A stretch of DNA of 40,804 nt from Candidatus Hadarchaeales archaeon. GTDB lineage: Archaea > Hadarchaeota > Hadarchaeia > Hadarchaeales > JAWBSP01. The notes beneath the pieces are model-generated. The model ran no database searches. It was not told the origin of the DNA and saw only the letters and a list, made by a program, of their open reading frames with translations. Position 1 is the stretch's first letter; each line of letters begins with the position of its first letter. Positions 37,038 through 40,804 of the stretch are shown one piece after another. The DNA is taken from assembly GCA_038842485.1 (NCBI GenBank), contig JAWBSP010000011.1:1-40804 (forward strand). Reading direction: 5' to 3'. Position numbers and translations under genes: made by a program.

Positions 37038-37262
37038 ATGAGAAAACGGAGGGAACTGGCGTTTAGTCTAGCTTGCGCGGGCATGGTTTTTGGCATCTTG
37101 GGGTGTTTTGACTACTCGCCAGTCTTCGGGTCATTGGCATGTGTCCTCGGAGGTATCTCTCTCGCGTATGCACCCGCAACGGAGAGGGGTTTGGGAATAG
37201 CCTCCGTACTGCTTGGTGCAATGGCTTGGGCGATCTGGCTTGTTACACACTTTCTACCCTAA
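37038..37262 (+). CDS. Small hypothetical membrane protein
   Basis: MRKRR followed by hydrophobic helices; the ATG at 37038 is preferred over the track start, which overlaps the sRNA. Confidence 0.6.
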   Translation: MRKRRELAFSLACAGMVFGILGCFDYSPVFGSLACVLGGISLAYAPATERGLGIASVLLGAMAWAIWLVTHFLP

Positions 37263-37268
37263 TGTCCA

Positions 37269-37640
37269 CTAAAGGAGCATCCCCAATCCCACCCCCAACA
37301 TGAAATAGGAGGATGCATTGTATGCCTCAAGCAGAAAGATTTTTGCAACCGTTCCTCTCGCTTTCGCCCTGAAAAATGACCAAGGTCTTGTTCCCCGGCT
37401 CATGAGGTAAAACTCCAGCAAGCCAGCAGGCAAGAGAACAACAAGGTACATGAGCAAGGCTTTGAGGCCTAAAAAGTATCCCCCAACAAAACCGACAGGC
37501 AGGTACCCTATCCACCTCTCTAGGAGGCCGATTTTAGCATGTTTCAAAGGGATCTCCACACCCCACCGCTGGTAGAAGTTTAGGATCCTCTTAAGATAGA
37601 AAACATCGGCGACGGGTAAAAGCCAGAGAAGAATTCTCAC
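37269..37640 (-). CDS. Hypothetical membrane protein
   Basis: GTG start at 37640 overlaps the upstream TGA; several hydrophobic segments. Confidence 0.6.
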   Translation of the reverse strand: MRILLWLLPVADVFYLKRILNFYQRWGVEIPLKHAKIGLLERWIGYLPVGFVGGYFLGLKALLMYLVVLLPAGLLEFYLMSRGTRPWSFFRAKARGTVAKIFLLEAYNASSYFMLGVGLGMLL

Positions 37641-37921
37641 TCTAGGAGGGCGAGGATGAGGAGCCCGGTCGGGATGAGAAACCCAACGGCTGCGCCAATG
37701 ACGGTCTTGATATCCTCCACCACCGCACCAGTTCCCCATTGCTGCAGAACCCCTATGAATCCCCACGTCCCATCAAGGAACAGGAGGATTCCGATGAGGC
37801 CCAGGATGAGGGTGGCCACGCCAATTACCCTTGCCTTTCCCCTAGCCTGCCAGATCACGAACCCTCCATCGAATAGCCCCACCAGACCCAGCGCCAGCCA
37901 GAACAGGGGAAGGAACCCCAT
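37637..37921 (-). CDS. Small hypothetical membrane protein
   Basis: Three TM segments; AGGAGG RBS upstream. Confidence 0.65.
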   Translation of the reverse strand: MGFLPLFWLALGLVGLFDGGFVIWQARGKARVIGVATLILGLIGILLFLDGTWGFIGVLQQWGTGAVVEDIKTVIGAAVGFLIPTGLLILALLE

Positions 37922-37941
37922 CTTCTATGAAATCCTCCTTT

Positions 37942-39078
37942 TTAAATCCCCTTGGGCAACCAGCCGTTCTCTTGGTACCACTCCACCGTCTTTTTCAGCC
38001 CCTCCCTGAAGTCGGGCCATTTGAACTCGAAGCCAGTGGCCTTGAGTGCCTTGGTGTCGTAAACGTGATCTCCGGCAGGAATCCACTTCCACTTGGAGAG
38101 CTTGATGGCTCCGTAGGAGAAGAGCCAGTCCATGTCAATCCTTGGTCTGAGGATGTCCTTTATCCCATATTTTTTCACAACGTTCTCCCACTTCTCAGCC
38201 GCAATCTTGTTGATCACACCAAACATGGAGATGATGGTCTTCTCAAGGGTTGGGGCGAGGGGGGCGGTCATGGCCACCGCCATTTTGACGAAGGGTTTCA
38301 GGATGGGCAGGGGGAGACCCTTCTCTATTCCGAGGGAGTCCGCGATGGCATCAAACATCTCCGTCATGGTAACGGGTCTGTCATCCGCCACGTTGAAGGC
38401 CTTTCCCACAGTGTCGGGCTTCTTGGCGAGATGAATGGCGGCCCTCGCTACATCATCGGCATGTACGTGGTGGGTGAGCATGTCCCCCACTATCCTGACG
38501 GGGGCTTTTTTCGTTTCCCAGTAGGCTGCGACCACTGTCGAGAGAAAGAGGGCCACCCCATATTTGCTGCCGGGACCGTAAACGAGCGTGGGTCTGATGG
38601 CCCTAACCGGAAGTCCCCTCGCTACGTAGCTCATTGCCACCTGTTCCCCCATCCACTTGGTTTTCTCGTAGTTGTTGGTGGGATTCTTCGGGTGGTTCTC
38701 GTCGACGGGGATGTAGAAAATCCTCCCGTAAACCCCGACCGTGCTCCAGTGGACGAAAGAGCCCACCCCGGCCCGGAGAGCGGCCTCGCAGAGGTTCCGG
38801 GTGACGATCACGTTCGCATCATAGAGGACCGGGTAGGGAAGGCTGAAGTCGAAAAGGCCCGCGACATGGAATACCCAGTCCACTCCCTTCAAAAGAGGAT
38901 CCAGCTGCTTTCGGTCCAGCAGGTCGGCCTTCATCACCTCCGCACCCTCCTTCTCAGCCCACTCGAGATTGGCCCTAGGTAAATCCGTTGCCCTGACCTG
39001 GTAACCCTCTTTGAGGAGCCACCTCACCACGTAGGAACCTATGAAGCCACCCGCCCCGTCCACCAAACAAACGGTCAT
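37942..39078 (-). CDS. NAD-dependent epimerase/dehydratase (extended SDR)
   Basis: GAGGFIG, HVAG, STVGVYG, YEKTK and RPTLVYGP motifs; the ATG at 39078 overlaps the AOR stop. Confidence 0.92.
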   Translation of the reverse strand: MTVCLVDGAGGFIGSYVVRWLLKEGYQVRATDLPRANLEWAEKEGAEVMKADLLDRKQLDPLLKGVDWVFHVAGLFDFSLPYPVLYDANVIVTRNLCEAALRAGVGSFVHWSTVGVYGRIFYIPVDENHPKNPTNNYEKTKWMGEQVAMSYVARGLPVRAIRPTLVYGPGSKYGVALFLSTVVAAYWETKKAPVRIVGDMLTHHVHADDVARAAIHLAKKPDTVGKAFNVADDRPVTMTEMFDAIADSLGIEKGLPLPILKPFVKMAVAMTAPLAPTLEKTIISMFGVINKIAAEKWENVVKKYGIKDILRPRIDMDWLFSYGAIKLSKWKWIPAGDHVYDTKALKATGFEFKWPDFREGLKKTVEWYQENGWLPKGI

Positions 39079-40802
39079 GTGAGCTGCACCCACCCCAGCC
39101 CCAGTTCCTCCAGTTTTTCCCTGCTCGGGAGTCCCGTGACGGGATCCCAACCAAGCTCCTCGTAGAAGGCCCTCTGGGCGTCAATCAAGTTGCAGCGCTC
39201 GGCAGCCCGCTGAGAGAGGCGGAAGTCCTCCGGTCTGATCCCCTCCCGGTAATTGAACGCCTGCATGAGAGTGAGGATTCTCTCTCCAATCTTTCGGAGG
39301 TCCTCTCGGGTAAGGTTCCATCCACTGGCTGCGTTTAGATACTCTAGGAGCTTCCAGTTCTTGCCAGCGGTGAGGGGTCCAAAGAGGCAGGCCCCAGCGG
39401 CGGAGAGGGCGTGGAAGTAGGCGGAGGCACGGGCCGCCCTTCTCCCGTGGAACTCCCAGTTTTCAAACCTCCAAGTTTTGGGGTAGAGCGGGGGGGAGGG
39501 CTCGGTGCCTAGGATGCTCTCCAGTTGTTCTAGGTCAATGAAGGTTATGGCGTGCAGGTGCTTTCCCGGCACCGGCTCCGCTTGGTAAGCTATCCCGTAA
39601 CCCGGATCTTGGCGGGGGTCATGCATGGCCGGCTCTATCCCCCCGGCGTGAACAGCGAGCGGTTTGGAGTTGGGTATGCGTTCCGAGGCCCTCTTCACAC
39701 CATCGGCTAGCAGGTCCCCTATCCCTTCTCTTGAGATCATCCTCTCCAGTAGCATCACGTGGGAGGGTCCATCGCCCCACCTGAGGGGAAAGCCCAGCTC
39801 CTTCTCCGTCAGGATCCCCTTCTCGTAGCACTCGCAGGCGAAGGCCACCACCGACCCCGCAGAAATCCCGTCCATCCCCTCCCGATTACACAAATCGATT
39901 TCTTTCAGGATGCTGTTGAGATCCGAGTTCAGGCAGTTGGGCCCAAAGGAGGCTAGGCACTCGTACTCCACCTTGACCTCCTCCAGCTGGTACCTCCCTC
40001 CGCTTGCCACCAAGTTGGTGCAGCCCAACGGGCAAGCCTCACAGGAATGCTTGGCCTTCCTCAGCTTCAGAATGGACTCATCGGTGAGTTTCATGACCTG
40101 CCGCGTGGAAAAGTCCGCTTGGGTCCCAGCCCAGTTCTTTATGGGTGAATCCTGAGAGGTCATCGACCATCCCGCAAAACCGGGGGTCCCGTACCTGCCC
40201 ATGAGCAGCCTGAAGAAGATGGGCTGAATCCTTATCAGAATGGAGGACCATAAGGTGAGGCGACCGACGGCCGGGATGAGCCTGCCCCACTTCAGCTTCA
40301 GGGTATCCTCGTCCGTGAGCTTGGTGAGGGGGGTCTTGTACTTGTGCAGAAATTCCTTGTTGAGTTCGAGCAGCCTCTCCCTAGAATGAACCTCAACTTT
40401 CTTGGTTCCCACCACCGCCACGGCTTTGAGTCTCTTGCTCCCCATCACTGCCCCCATCCCTGTCCTTGCGGCAATCCGGTTTCGCTCGTTTACGATTCCT
40501 GCGATGTAGGAAAGCTTCTCACCGGCCCGACCTATACACGCCACCTTGCTTTTCGGGGATTCCTTCCTGATGAGGGCATCCGTTTCGTAAGCATCCTTCC
40601 CCCACAGGTGTGAGGCATCCCGGATTTCCTTCCTCTCTCCCTCTAGGTAGAAGTACACGGGTGAGTCAGCCTTTCCGGTGAAGAAAATTGCGTCGTACCC
40701 AGCCCGTCTGAGTTCGGGGCCGAAGGATCCGCCAGAATTTGCCATCCCGAAGCCACCGGTGGCGGGGGATTTGGCGGCCACCATGTACCTCCCGCAGAAC
40801 CA
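39075..40802 (-). CDS. Tungsten-containing aldehyde:ferredoxin oxidoreductase family protein (5' truncated)
   Basis: KSP.TG, AGYDA, IG.AGE, G.GAVMGSK.LKA, CxxCxxxC, EYE, G.D.IS and HDPR motifs; frame is open to the window edge. Confidence 0.93.
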   Translation of the reverse strand, partial: WFCGRYMVAAKSPATGGFGMANSGGSFGPELRRAGYDAIFFTGKADSPVYFYLEGERKEIRDASHLWGKDAYETDALIRKESPKSKVACIGRAGEKLSYIAGIVNERNRIAARTGMGAVMGSKRLKAVAVVGTKKVEVHSRERLLELNKEFLHKYKTPLTKLTDEDTLKLKWGRLIPAVGRLTLWSSILIRIQPIFFRLLMGRYGTPGFAGWSMTSQDSPIKNWAGTQADFSTRQVMKLTDESILKLRKAKHSCEACPLGCTNLVASGGRYQLEEVKVEYECLASFGPNCLNSDLNSILKEIDLCNREGMDGISAGSVVAFACECYEKGILTEKELGFPLRWGDGPSHVMLLERMISREGIGDLLADGVKRASERIPNSKPLAVHAGGIEPAMHDPRQDPGYGIAYQAEPVPGKHLHAITFIDLEQLESILGTEPSPPLYPKTWRFENWEFHGRRAARASAYFHALSAAGACLFGPLTAGKNWKLLEYLNAASGWNLTREDLRKIGERILTLMQAFNYREGIRPEDFRLSQRAAERCNLIDAQRAFYEELGWDPVTGLPSREKLEELGLGWVQLT

Positions 40803-40804
40803 GG

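Noticed and set aside
5364-38982. Long antisense ORFs (e.g. 5364-6434, 10479-11336, 15907-16776, 37927-38982) and 5' extensions of pfkB, hisF, tfe and the SDR
   Set aside because: These are shadow frames of well-supported genes in GC-rich DNA, with no recognisable motifs.

Overview
Densely packed, GC-rich archaeal chromosome segment; archaeal origin is shown by a histone, TFE, eS4/eL32/eL19, Sec61-gamma/Spt5 and archaeal uL10/P1, and a thermophilic lineage such as Hadarchaeota is a guess. Most of it is housekeeping: eno-rps2-MEMO1, an inositol-lipid cluster, dtdA-ftsZ-secE-spt5-rpl11-rpl1-rpl10-rpl12, pdxS/pdxT with hisH/hisF, a split spc ribosomal operon, tfe, idsA, hflX, AOR, tRNA-Ile(GAT) and a box C/D sRNA. 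The most unusual part is non-coding. At 4690-5328 there are eight copies of the 14-bp palindrome TGCGAACGTTCGCA, mostly about 70 bp apart, with two alternating spacer classes. The array is headed by a TATA box and a small, apparently decayed Cas2/VapD-like ORF that the ORF track misses. Dispersed copies lie upstream of tRNA-Ile and idsA. Other long intergenic gaps carry their own palindrome clusters (TGCACACGTGTGCA, TGTTACTATAGTAACA, GTTACAnnTGTAAC). All family calls come from motif recognition by eye; no searches were run.
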